Assembly (NCBI GenBank): GCA_010405405.1
Contig: MU004231.1
Coordinates: forward strand, 3,832,884-3,896,883
DNA from: Microthyrium microscopicum
Taxonomy: Eukaryota
Reading direction: 5' to 3'
DNA length: 64,000 nucleotides
Shown here: positions 46,662 to 58,273 of the stretch, piece after piece
Layout of the letters: every line of letters starts with the position of its first letter
Numbering within the stretch: the first letter of the stretch is position 1
Made by a program: the position numbers and the translations under genes
Notes under the pieces: model-generated
The model's input: only the letters and a program-made list of their open reading frames with translations
Told to the model about the DNA's origin: nothing
Database searches by the model: none

Positions 46662-49600
46662 ATGCCTCATTCTTCGGTTTCCGCGCCTGCTACCACATCA
46701 GTTTTTCCGAGATTACTGCCCTTGGACCATTCGACAATAACAGAGGCTTACTTGCCTATCTCGGCTCTTTCCAATTCCAAAACCTCTCTTTCCGAGCTTG
46801 CCCATTTGATCCGTTTCCAGCGTTACCAAGAGCAAAGGAGATCCCAGTCTCGCATTCGACTACATAGATGGCTAGTATCAGCAGCTTTGTCTGCACGCAT
46901 GCTACGATGTGGCGAACTTGCTTACAAGACCTTGGTGGATTGCTTTCGTGATGATGACAGAAAGGGTTTTGCGACCCTTCATGCCGCTCTTCACGATGTT
47001 CGCAGCTCCTGTGATGCTACTCGCCGCTATGCTCTCCTGGAAGGCGATATCGAAGGTTCCAAACTCAAATCACAGCCTGGCGCTGATCCAAGTCAAAATT
47101 CCTTTTCAACCTTTATGCATGAGATACCCCAGAAAATTCGCAATGATCTTTTGGCTTTCATTTCCGAAATACGTACCAATCCCGATTTTCTTGCCTCTCG
47201 TCTGTGTTCCTTGTCTCAACAAGAACTAAACAAGTTGGCTTCTTTTCGTCCTTCTGTGGATACCAACGATTTTGCCGTTATGGCTTCTGGCAAAACATCC
47301 TTGAAGAGAGGTGGAGTATTTACCACGGCCACTCCAGTTGAACGACTCCTTTCTTTCCAGAGGCATGACGGCCTGTCTGCGTTGTTATTTACTATTTTCG
47401 CCAACTCTTCAGGCTCGGATTCCATGGAAGATCTCCGAAGGACCAATACCTGGGCTACGGCATGTGCCAAGCTCTTCTTAGAAAAACCAGGAAATGAGCG
47501 CCTCATACGTAGTGTTTTAGATGCTTTTGCTGGAATGCGTGATTGGCCTGTAAAGCACAAGCTAGAAACCTTCCTGATGCAAGTTCTCCAAGATGGCCAA
47601 TTTCTTTTGGAAGGTCCGCCAGGAAAAGCTGGCTCCATTGATGAAAAGCAGGTAAACAAACCATTTGAGTACATGGCAGATGAATTCTTTGATCGTTCTG
47701 TTAAATCTCTTCTTGCTTTGATCGATGGAGAACCAAGCGCAGGAGGACTTCCGGAAGGTGCGATTGAAATTGGCCATGAAATCCTTCGGAAAGTAGGCTC
47801 TTCCAAGAAACAACGATACATGGCAGAATTCCATATTCTTTATCGGTGGTTTTTCAGTTCATATCTTCCAGCTGCCCTGATGTATCCTGAGGTATTATCT
47901 GGAATCTAATTTCATGGAGTATGTTTTCTTGCTGACATTGCTTAGGCTCATGGTATCATGGTTAGCTATCACATCTCAACCTTTGCAAGAGAACGCATAT
48001 TGAAGGAATTGGCAACACGGACTCAGATCCAGGTGTTTGGCGTGTTCAACTCTGTGTAAGTTGCGTTACGATATATGTCGCATTATTGGTTAACAGTTTC
48101 TTTAGCCGTCAATCGGTCCCCGTTTGGCCTGAGACCAAAGCCCACGTGGAACGACTCTTGGACCAACTGAGGAAACCACGAGGATTTTCAAGGCCTGTAC
48201 TAACTCCAGCCAAAGCACTGTCATCCCCAAAAGAGACCGTGGAGGTTCAGCCATTCCTGGTGCTCTGCCCATCTGACATTAAAACACTTGTGTATTCTCT
48301 TTTCCCTGAGCGCAAGCAGAGCTTTGCAACAGAAAAAGACATTCCCAACAACGGCCTGCTCTCAAGTTCTTCGTCAATATCCGGAATTTCCATACCTTTT
48401 ATTGGAGCCTCCACTCCTGGCGATGGAAGTTCCATTCTCAGCCAGAGCGTGTCCTCCATCACAAGTGATTCCACCTCTCGAGAACCGCTTTTGAACAGAT
48501 CTGCATCCGCGGACAGTCTGGTACAGGAACGACACAATACGCCAACCAACCAACCAGAGTCAACTGAGGAATATGGCCGCAAAATTCGCATGGCTTGCTC
48601 TGAAATGTCGCGGATACTTGGTACTGATAGTGTTGCCGGAGTATGCCATCCATTCGCTGATCGCTGGGCTGTCTTGCACATCTCTTCCGACGGAAGACAG
48701 CTTCTCACTAGAATGCGAAAAGATGTGGAAGATGAAGAAGAGATCGAGGACGACTCACTCGACAGTGGTAGTGAAGATGAGAACGGTACGTATGGGAATG
48801 ATCTGGAAAATGATTACCACCAGTTGAAGGATTCCATCTTCAAACTCCTATCGGAATACGAGCTGCCAAAAAATCTGAGTGAGTCCAAAGCTTTTAGCAA
48901 TGGAAAGAAGCTACAAAAATCTCGCAAAGCAATCAGTGGCCTAAGGAAGACGACACCTGTGCTTGCAGATGATCCTTCCTTGAAGCAACTCTACGACGTC
49001 CATGAGAGCTCAGCCAAGGAAAGAATATCGGAATTGGAGATCATGCTTGAAGCGGCACTATATCAATGCAACATTCGAGAAGAGTTCATGGATGCTGTCC
49101 TCTGGTATAAATCCCTTGATCAGCTTCAAAAGCTTTCCTCCTCTTCTCTCAAACGCGATGGTTACGGTCCCTTACTTCATTACTTTGCTCGAGGTCCCCG
49201 AGTGTCCCTTGGTCGATGCTTCAGTGCCATTGAAGAGTTTGATGCATGGTTTGTCTGGTTGAAGCAGTCACAAGAGAGGCACGACAGTCAAATGGAAGAT
49301 ATGATGGTCACCTTCAAGGTTCTGCGCGACAAGATGTGGTATAAGAATGCTGTTCTGACCTCTGCCGGCTACGAAGAAGCGAAAAACGTCACTATTGCTC
49401 TCAAAACAATGGGAAAGAAGTCGGACAAGACTGATCAGAAGCCCTCTCAACAACAAAAAAAGAACTTTGCAAGATCGAATACCACAAGTATCTTCATGAA
49501 GTCCGAAACACAGACTCTCAATCTTCTAGCTGCTGCAGAAGACCACGGTGGACCAAACAAGCTCTCGGATGATCAAGTTGAATTAACGAATGTTTGGCTG

Positions 49601-51580
49601 GCCCGAAATAGTGTCGAAGCTGATTTTTGCAAGGGCGAAGAACGCATTCATCGCTTTTGCGTCGAGATTGACAAGACCGTCAATAAACTCGTCGGTGATG
49701 GGGTTCTAGACGGCCCTGTGCTTTGGTCGAGCGATTTGTACCGTAGAGACAAGGAAATACTTGATGGCGGAAGATCAGATTTTTGGCTCACAGGCCCAGG
49801 TCTCATCATCCCCGGAGAGGAAGACTTTGACTCTAATGCCAGCCGTCCAGCCTCTATGAGCCTTGATTTTGTGCAAAGACCCAGCAAAGGTAGCCTCAGG
49901 TCCATCTCCACTCAAGCCTCGCAACAGAGCATTACATCCTCGGAGTGGAGTAATAGTGGCAAACCTGTTAACCTGATGGACGCACCTCAGGATTACTTTG
50001 GCACTTCCAGCCCAGCTCTCACGATTGATTCCACCAAGACCTTCTGGTCCCCATTCCAGTCAAAGGACGAGCAAAAATCCAAGCCCGGCTTGGATAGACT
50101 TTCATCCGCTACTTCAACCAAGTCGTCATCTGCCCTACCCAAGACGAATTCCGAGGAGAAGCGACGGTTTCTTCTTGATCTCAAGCAAAGCTTGACAGGT
50201 CTGCTCCTTAGTGATCTAGGTGCTATCTTGTTCAATGAAGGCAGCGAGACCGACGGCTGGTTTGCAGGCGAATATGTGGAAGAATGCATTCGCCGTCGAG
50301 ATGTTGATGATAAGAAGCGGAAACAAAAGCTATTGCGAAAGAAGAGTATGCGTAGTCTCAAGAACGCCCGAGACCAACAGAAAACAACAATACCAAATAT
50401 CGACAATACTTCTCGAGGTGACCGCACTACACCAACTCCATCCAACCCCACTCCTACTCAGCCTGAGCTGGACAATGCAGATGTAAGAGAAAGTTCGGGT
50501 AACTCGGGCGCAGAAGTTCAATCACGTTCTACCCCAGTCATGAAGAAGACATCATTCGCCGACTTCCCATACCACAGTGCCTATCGACTACTCTTGCGGA
50601 AGTTTTCGACTCATCCCAACCCATTTTCCAAACTTCAAGCGCTGTATGAGCTAAAACTTCTCATTGAGCATTCCATCTTTGCCAAAACAGGCAAGGGTCC
50701 GCTGCCCAAGAGAGATACTCTTCCGCCAGTTCCGCCATCCCCTACTCTTGGGGCTACGCCGGAGTTGAGCATCAGGACTTCTTCTGTACCCGTCACTCGT
50801 GCTCAAAACCTTCAGGAAGCAATTGCTCATGTCGCAGAAAGACGTTCACACAATATCAACACTCTGCAAGCACAACCTGGGCGTGGATCCCCAATGCCAG
50901 TTCGTATTGCTGGCTCGCCAAGCAGCGATCCTACAGTTGAGGCTCTCCAGGCTCTGTTTAGGGACTCCAACATTCGTCCTAAAACACTATTCCGCGATCT
51001 ACAGTATATCGCTGCTTTTGTCCCAGCCCAGATGCTTGACAAGACCCCTCGCGGAAAAGCGTTCTGGGATGCAGGTCTCGCTGCATTAGGATTAAAGCAA
51101 GATGTCGTGCGGTACATGGTTGCCATTGCTGATGGTATTGTTGAGGAGAACACCAAAGAACGCGGTGTTGCTGCCCAGCAAATTGCAGCTCAAGGACCTG
51201 CAACTGCAGGACCTACAGTGCCGATTACAGTCAACACAGCATCCCAGTCCGCACATGCTCCAAGATACACCATGCAGGATGCGGCAGAGATGTTCCTGAT
51301 TACTGCAAAGGAAGGTGATGCTGCTGCGGAGCGCGAGTTAGCCATCTTCTATCTTACACAGCCCGATGGTTTACCCAAGACCACTCTTCCGCTTGCCAAG
51401 CCACGTGAAGTGTTCAAAGGCGAGATCATTGCTCGCAAACGAACCGCTGACGACTTGCGCCGAAGTGATCCAGCCACCATGTGTTTGGCACAGCACTGGA
51501 TGGAGATGAGCCGTAAAGGGGGTGACGAGCTTGCGGCCAACTACTTACGATCACGCGATGACATGGAACGAATTCCCTAG
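46662..51580 (+). CDS. Large (~1600 aa) conserved hypothetical protein; putative RasGAP-like N-terminal and VPS9-like C-terminal regions
   Basis: ATG at 46662 (MPHSSVSAP). Long ORFs 46440..47909 and 48086..51580 are joined through a short exon (~47946-48054) by GT-AG introns. The gene itself is well supported; the domain calls are by eye (see findings). Confidence 0.85.
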
Positions 51581-52308
51581 AGGCATATTATTATTGTTCT
51601 TTCAAGCCCACCCTTGTGCTCTTTTGTCTTGAACTTTGTTCGAAGCGAGCATATTCAGCGAGCATTCACATGTTTTTGTTATTTATTTAGCATCATTGCC
51701 GATTCCCCCTTTGCATTTATTATGGTTGGAAGCGGATCATGGTTGCATTGTTCAAGCATTCGGCTTTTTTCTTGATATTTCTCCAATCTGGACGAAGTTG
51801 AATCTTTTGCATATCATGATTATAGATACGTAATGCACTGCTGATGGTAAGCTCTTGATGAGCTGCAGTGCCTAATATACGAAGAGAAAATGAATTCAAT
51901 AATGAGCAACTTGAGTGCCTGTGGGTTGACTAAATACCTGACGTGATGCCATTGAATGATTTGCTTCCCTTCGAGTACTTTATTGCCCATCGAGGACTCT
52001 ATTCCACGTCGAGTGCTCTATATGCTCTATCGAGTGCTTTGTTTTCTACAGAGATTTATATGAAAGTAGAAACTGCTACATGCAATAATCTATTCCTTTG
52101 GCTCAGTGCACGCTAGTCCTCTGACCTAGTACAAGTCAGTCAAGCTGACAGGGTTCGTCGTTAGGTTGATGATGTAGGGCATTTCAAGTCTTGGTGGTGA
52201 TGTTACAACATCTCATCATTGCTGGATTTAGATTTCCGCACTTCTATTTCCAAAGTCCAATATCTAGCTCTACAACACACTCTGATAATCTGACAACATC
52301 CAAAAACA

Positions 52309-52810
52309 ATGCCGATTGAAACAATCACACCAGCTGTGCTGTTCAAAACAGCAGCGTTTCTCAATGCCATTACTATACCGGGGCATCTTGTCTTTGGTCT
52401 GGACACTGTTCATCCTGGTCTGAACACTATGGAAACCAAGACGAGAAAAGGCAAAGTTGCCAAGGCTTCTGCTCAAGCCTGCTTCAATTACATCAATGGC
52501 GCGCTACTCACGGCTGGTATGTTATGCTTCTAACAGTTAGACGAGGGATATAACTGGAATTAACGTATGTAGCCTTGTTAAACTGGCAATGGGCTCGAAC
52601 CGCTGGCCCAAAGACGCGTGAGGAAATTATCATTTTCTGGACGTTAGTGATCAATGGCTTTATTGATGGTATGTATTGCACACACATGGTAGAACGAACA
52701 TGAGCTAAACGAATCTAGGCTTGACTTATTTCAGAGCAGGAGAGTATGGACCTTTGGGATTTGCTTGGGTTGCTCCAGGTCTCAGTGTGGCTGCCAAGTA
52801 CCTATTATAG
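52309..52810 (+). CDS. Small integral membrane protein, 3 exons
   Basis: MPIETITPAVLFKTAAFLNAITIPGH. Two GTATGT...AG introns (about 52517-52572 and 52669-52718) keep the frame through LLNWQWARTAGP and YFRAGEYGPLGFAWVAPGLSVAAKYLL*. Confidence 0.75.
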
Positions 52811-52872
52811 ATCTGATAGGCAGTTCAAAGGATGTGTATATAGACACTTATCTAGGAAACAGCGGTGTTTGA

Positions 52873-54105
52873 TCACAATCTACAAGCCTCCCTCAAAAGT
52901 GGTGCCACCTGCTTTCTGGAGTGCTTAACTGCTTTCTGCACCCATACTTTGAGTGATCCCTTGTCAATATCACCCATTTCTCCTTTCCAGGATGCTAGAG
53001 ACAGCTTGGAGGTACTATTTTTCTCAAACTGCTCCAATGAGCACACTGCTGACTCGCTGGATGCATATACGAGAAGCTCGCGAGAAAAAGCGTCACCTTC
53101 AGAAGTGTAAGTCGTCATGATAGCAAACATGTCCAACTTCCTGTCTTTGGCAAATAGTGCAACGGAGTCTGCAAAGCTTGAGGCGGCATCTTCAGACGAA
53201 GCTTTATCGATTAGGAAAGTCAATGGCTTGACCACCGACGCAATTCCCAGGTGCAATTCACCAGCCTCCCACTCTTTGTAATCCTTGCGCAAAATGTCGT
53301 GGAGACACAATCGACCAACATCTTGCTTCGCATTTTGCAGCTCGGCATAAAAAATGCCGGGATCAAAGTCTGGCAATTTGGTCTTGAGATATGCAACGGC
53401 CGCTTCATCATGGGCGGTGACCTTGCTCTTGTCGCCCATATTCACGGTATCAATGAGTATGCTCGCTAGTGCCAGCTTGGCGACCTGAGAATCGGACTCT
53501 CCAGCTGGTTCCAATGAGCTCCATTGATCTCCGAGATATTCGACGACTAGGCTGGTACAGCTACCAGCCTTATCGATTATGCGCGGCTCATCTGGGGTAT
53601 GATCTGGAACGGTGTGTTCATCATCGTGATGATCAATCGTCCCAACTAAGCGCTGGCGATATATTCCACCTAATGCGCCTTGAAGAGCGTTGTGGTCAAC
53701 TAGAATCCATTGGGTGTTTTCAGGCGCAAAGCCTGACGTGAGATCTCTGGGTAAATCATCAAGTGTGATCAGGCTTGAAGGTTGCAAACCAGCATGAGGG
53801 AGAAGGGCAGAGAATTCGGGACGAAGGGCGATATCGGCGGCAGGAATATTGGTTATAGGAATGTATAAGGAGCCGTAGGCAGGCTTGTGAGTAGCAGAGC
53901 GAATATAGGAATAGACGAGGGAGGAAGTTAACGAATCGAGGTCTATGCAATATCAGGACAATGGGTTTAGCAGATGATGCGGGAGAAGCTCACCTGCAGA
54001 TTCATTGCCAACGACCAAGGTGAGTTTTTGTTGAGATTGTATGGCCTGATGAAGAGATTCCTTTGCTTTGGCAAGAAAGGCTCTAATGGAGAGGCGCGAG
54101 GCCAT
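52873..54105 (-). CDS. ppx1: Exopolyphosphatase (DHH/Prune family), 2 exons
   Basis: ATG at 54105. LVVGNESA|DLDS spans an intron. Further motifs LVDHN, IDHHDDE, GSCTSLV, ILIDT, LRKDYKEW and SRKQVAPLLR. Confidence 0.9.
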
Positions 54106-55149
54106 TGGAGGTGTAGGTAAAATGACTGTTGGCGCAGGCGATTAACAGATTGGCGTTAGGGTAACAGCGGGAAAATGATGATTAGATGGAAATGTACCGT
54201 ACTGGAGGTCAATGCGGATGCAATTTCAACAGGGCTGGATAGCGCTGATCCAGATCTTAGGATCTCAAGAGTAGGTGGATTTCGGGAAGATATTTGAAAT
54301 ATCAAATCTTAAATTAGGTCGTTACTACTAGTACTTAGGTAGTATTTATCAAATACAACAAGATAATAGGCCAGTGTTTCATGAATTCAAGAAAGTTTAA
54401 AGAAGGGTAGTCTGCTTTGCACCTGCTATTCCAGGATACAAACAACACAGAGCTTGCCAGTGAAAGAATAACTCTTATCTGCTTGCTTGGGCCATTTGAG
54501 AGTAAGATGAGCTAGCGTGTGGTACTGCATAACATAGAATGCCATTATATGTCATTGATTCTGCCCAAAGCCCAAGGAAGTTGACAACTTGACACACAAG
54601 TATCGGTAACTGATCTAGGTACTATGAACTATCGTACGGAACATCAATTGAATTTGGTGGAGCACGTGGAGTGCTGGGGAAACACCATACTAAAAATGGA
54701 CTAGTGGCTACCCGGTACCTGGGTCTAACTTTCTAAATTTGAATAATTAGGACTGTTTGGGCTTTGGGCTTTTTCTAAAGCTTCGATCGGTCGTTCCTTC
54801 TACAGTTTCACAGACCACAGACTTACAGTCCACTCTTTTCACTTTCCAATCTTAATGCCCCAAGGTTGCACTTTCTCATCTTGGACAGCCACCAGCCACC
54901 ATTGACCGCTTGCCAGATCGAGCTCCCCAAAGCCACTCAAGGGCCGTGACTGCCACTTGAACCAGACTCTGGCGCAAACCGCTTCTCTACTTCCTACATC
55001 TTGATCTTCATCACCTCAACACCAACTCCTTCCTCTCTCTCTCTCTCTCTTCATACAACACCCCCTGAACCTTTCTTGTACTTCCTACCCAGGTAGCATG
55101 AATACCAAAATCATACCGCCTTTCTAAACAAGTCCTCTGGTGCCGAGCC

Positions 55150-57729
55150 ATGGCTTCTCACCCGCCAATTCCCTCTTCAAACCCCCCTATGTCGCGTTAC
55201 CGATCTCAACGCAATGCACAAAAACAACGCCCTCCTCAAGTTGTACCGCCTGTCCCTGACCAGTCCGTCAGTCATCATAATGGCGCAGTTGATCGCACCA
55301 AGTCCATGTCGCGCTACCATCGCCCAGTTCGTGATGCTCCTGCCGCCCCGGCTTCCCCTCAACCCCGAAATATGAATCCTCTCGCCAGTCCCGTTTCCAG
55401 CAGCTCCACATTACAGTCCTCCAACAGAGCTCTTAGTTTGGATACGAAATCACAGCGCCCTACTGTCCCAGCTCAGCTTCCCAGTCCTCCACCACCAGCA
55501 ATAGCTCCGCCAGCAGCTTTTGCCAGCCGTTATCACGATCGCGTTATCACACCTCCTTCCGTCCCCCATACCTCTTCCAACCGTCGCCCTACTACTGCGA
55601 ATGGCAAGATAGAGGTCAAAAGGGAAGCCCATGAAACTTCTGAGCGTGATTTTGCCAGACAAGAGCGCATTTTGCGAGCACGACAAGAAACGGATCGAAA
55701 GGATCGGAAAGCTGCAGAAGAAATGAAGAGGGCCGACGAAGAGAAAAGGGCGGCAATAAGAGCAGACGTCGAAAAAACACGTCAAAAGCGCGAGTATGAA
55801 CAAGAACAATTACGAATGGCTGCCAAAGAGGAAGCTGGACTATGGGGTGCCAAGAAGAAATCGGATCACGACAAGCGCAAAGAGCAACACAAAATAGAAA
55901 AACTCAAAGCTCAGGCAATGGCCCCTGACGACTCCTTGACATCACCTCTAAGAGAAAAGTTTGGATTTTTCAGGAGACGGAAACAAGAGGATACCTCAGC
56001 ACCTCTTGCGCCTCTTCCCCGACCAAAAACAAGTTCTGGAGAGAAACCCACCATCAAACCTGGTGGGGGTGGTATAGTACCATTGTCAGATGCGCCAGTC
56101 TCTGCTGTCAATCACGGTGATCGCAGAGTGCGCATTATCACACAAGGCAAATCCATTTTGCTACCCATCAAGCCAACCACAACTCCACTTCAATTGATCA
56201 GATCTTGTGTTACATTTTTCGATGTGAACATTGACCCTCGAAATAGTTTATTGATGGAGAACTTTTCAAAATGCGGCATTCAGCGCACATTGCGCATGTA
56301 TGAACATGTACGAAACATTCTGAACTCATGGGATTCAGACGATCAGCATACCTTTACACTTGAGCCGTATGATTCTACTCAAGACAATAAGCTCTATGCA
56401 ACGTGGGCACCAAAGTCCAAACCAAGTGGTGGCTCTTGGAGCATATACTTTTCTCAAAAACGTGGGAAATGGGACAAGAGATTCATCACTATGACGGCTG
56501 AAGGTCAATTAACCTCTTCAAAGAATGAATCAGGCAAGGATACCATGAGTATCTGCCACTTGTCCGATTTTGAAATATACGCTCTGAGCAGAGAGGGAGA
56601 GAAGAAAAAGATCAAACCGTCTAAGAAGTACTGTTATGCCATCAAGAGTAACCAAAAGTCGAGTATGTTTCTGGGTGATACTGGATTCATACACTTGTTT
56701 TGTTCGAATGAAAAGGCCATCATGCAAAACTTTTATGACACCATTTACCGTTGGCGCTGCTGGTATCTTGTCAATGTCATGGGTGAAGATGGTAGTACCC
56801 CGAAAAAGATGATGGAAAACCCATCAGCTTCCACTTCCGCGCCTATGCTGGCTTCATCTCAGTCAAATCCAGGTCATCACCGACGTGGATCGTCGCAAGC
56901 CTCGCAGTACGTCTTGGGATCGTTTCTCAACGATCTTGACTTTGATCCCAGTAACTATAAGGTTCGAGAAGACGCCAAGAGGCCAAAACATACTCGCATG
57001 CCATCCGATACTCCACTGGCAGCTGCAATTGCCGTTCCCACTGTTAATGGTCTACAATCAGCCTCGGAGCATTCCAAAGCGTTACACGCTCGACAACTTT
57101 CTATCCGTCGCGCAGCTACCACGGCCAAACCTCCCGGCGCCTATTCCTCACACGCCCGCGGCGCAAGTAACAACAGTGGTGGCGCCTCGCAGATTACTCC
57201 AACCACTAGCTCATTTAACACTACACCCTCAACCAACACACCCTCTTCCCACTCGGCTGGCCTCGGACGCACTTCGTCTGTTCGTTCCACCCGCCAATCT
57301 TCAGAACAGTCGACATCCCATCGCCATAACACGTCAAATGGCGGCACAACTCAGCTTTTCCCAAAACCACTCCTCGACTTGACTCCCAAATACGTCGAGC
57401 CGGTCCAGCACCAGCGCAAAGGACGCGGTTTCAAGCCTGCTGCTCTAGGGCCTGGCGGTCTCATAGAAAATGCCACTGGCCTTGAAACTCTTCCGGGAGC
57501 AATAGTTGTACCTGAGGCAAGAGTCTGGCGCAGCAGGGCCGATTCACATGCTGCTGCACCGCAACAGACCGGTACTCCGAGTGCAGGGCTGGTACGGAAT
57601 GCCAGTGTACGTAGCACCAAACGAGGGATGGATGGCGCGGTGGGTGGACGAGGTCTCTTGGGTGATCTCGGCCACAATGCAGGATTTACAGGCGGTGGAT
57701 TGCTCGCTGATGTGGTGCCGCCCAAGTAA
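55150..57729 (+). CDS. Proline-rich/coiled-coil protein with putative tandem RA-like and PH domains
   Basis: 859-aa single ORF. Pro-rich N-terminus and a charged coiled-coil are followed by a ubiquitin-like segment (VRIITQGKSILLPIKPTTT...QRTLRMYEHVRNILNSW) and a PH-like segment (KWDKRFITM...KYCYAIK...FIHLFC...IYRWR). Confidence 0.8.
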   Translation: MASHPPIPSSNPPMSRYRSQRNAQKQRPPQVVPPVPDQSVSHHNGAVDRTKSMSRYHRPVRDAPAAPASPQPRNMNPLASPVSSSSTLQSSNRALSLDTKSQRPTVPAQLPSPPPPAIAPPAAFASRYHDRVITPPSVPHTSSNRRPTTANGKIEVKREAHETSERDFARQERILRARQETDRKDRKAAEEMKRADEEKRAAIRADVEKTRQKREYEQEQLRMAAKEEAGLWGAKKKSDHDKRKEQHKIEKLKAQAMAPDDSLTSPLREKFGFFRRRKQEDTSAPLAPLPRPKTSSGEKPTIKPGGGGIVPLSDAPVSAVNHGDRRVRIITQGKSILLPIKPTTTPLQLIRSCVTFFDVNIDPRNSLLMENFSKCGIQRTLRMYEHVRNILNSWDSDDQHTFTLEPYDSTQDNKLYATWAPKSKPSGGSWSIYFSQKRGKWDKRFITMTAEGQLTSSKNESGKDTMSICHLSDFEIYALSREGEKKKIKPSKKYCYAIKSNQKSSMFLGDTGFIHLFCSNEKAIMQNFYDTIYRWRCWYLVNVMGEDGSTPKKMMENPSASTSAPMLASSQSNPGHHRRGSSQASQYVLGSFLNDLDFDPSNYKVREDAKRPKHTRMPSDTPLAAAIAVPTVNGLQSASEHSKALHARQLSIRRAATTAKPPGAYSSHARGASNNSGGASQITPTTSSFNTTPSTNTPSSHSAGLGRTSSVRSTRQSSEQSTSHRHNTSNGGTTQLFPKPLLDLTPKYVEPVQHQRKGRGFKPAALGPGGLIENATGLETLPGAIVVPEARVWRSRADSHAAAPQQTGTPSAGLVRNASVRSTKRGMDGAVGGRGLLGDLGHNAGFTGGGLLADVVPPK

Positions 57730-58273
57730 TGTTAGTTGGAGTTGGTTGATATCACGGCCGAAATTTAATGTGTTTTGGATTTTCGTGTGGTCTGCCACTC
57801 ATGGTAGCCACGCGTTTTGTACATCATTTGTTTTGATATATCAATAGGACACAAGCGAAGCTGCATTTATGGATCATTTTTCATAGCAAGGCATTGGTAT
57901 TTTGGCCCGTTACCAGCATAATCGGTAGTATACATGAATCTAATTATCTATATTCTCATTACGAATATCTTACACATTATGCTAGGACGGATTCTATTTT
58001 GCTTTGTCTGGGCTTGTGATCTGGAAGTTATTAGCATAAGATGAACAATGTCGAAGCCAATACGCGCTGAAATGATCATCTGATCTTTCCCTGGTAGGTT
58101 CCATGGCACTCTATGGGATTCATCAAATGCGATGAGAGCCATTGAGTACGATGGCAATAGCTAGTTCAGCGCAAAGGAATCAGAACTCAAGAGAACCCAA
58201 GGCTCTTTTTGATGTCCCAAAGCGCGTTGTAGGGGCCATGTGATGCGATGGGAGCCACCAGGTCTGTGGGCTA

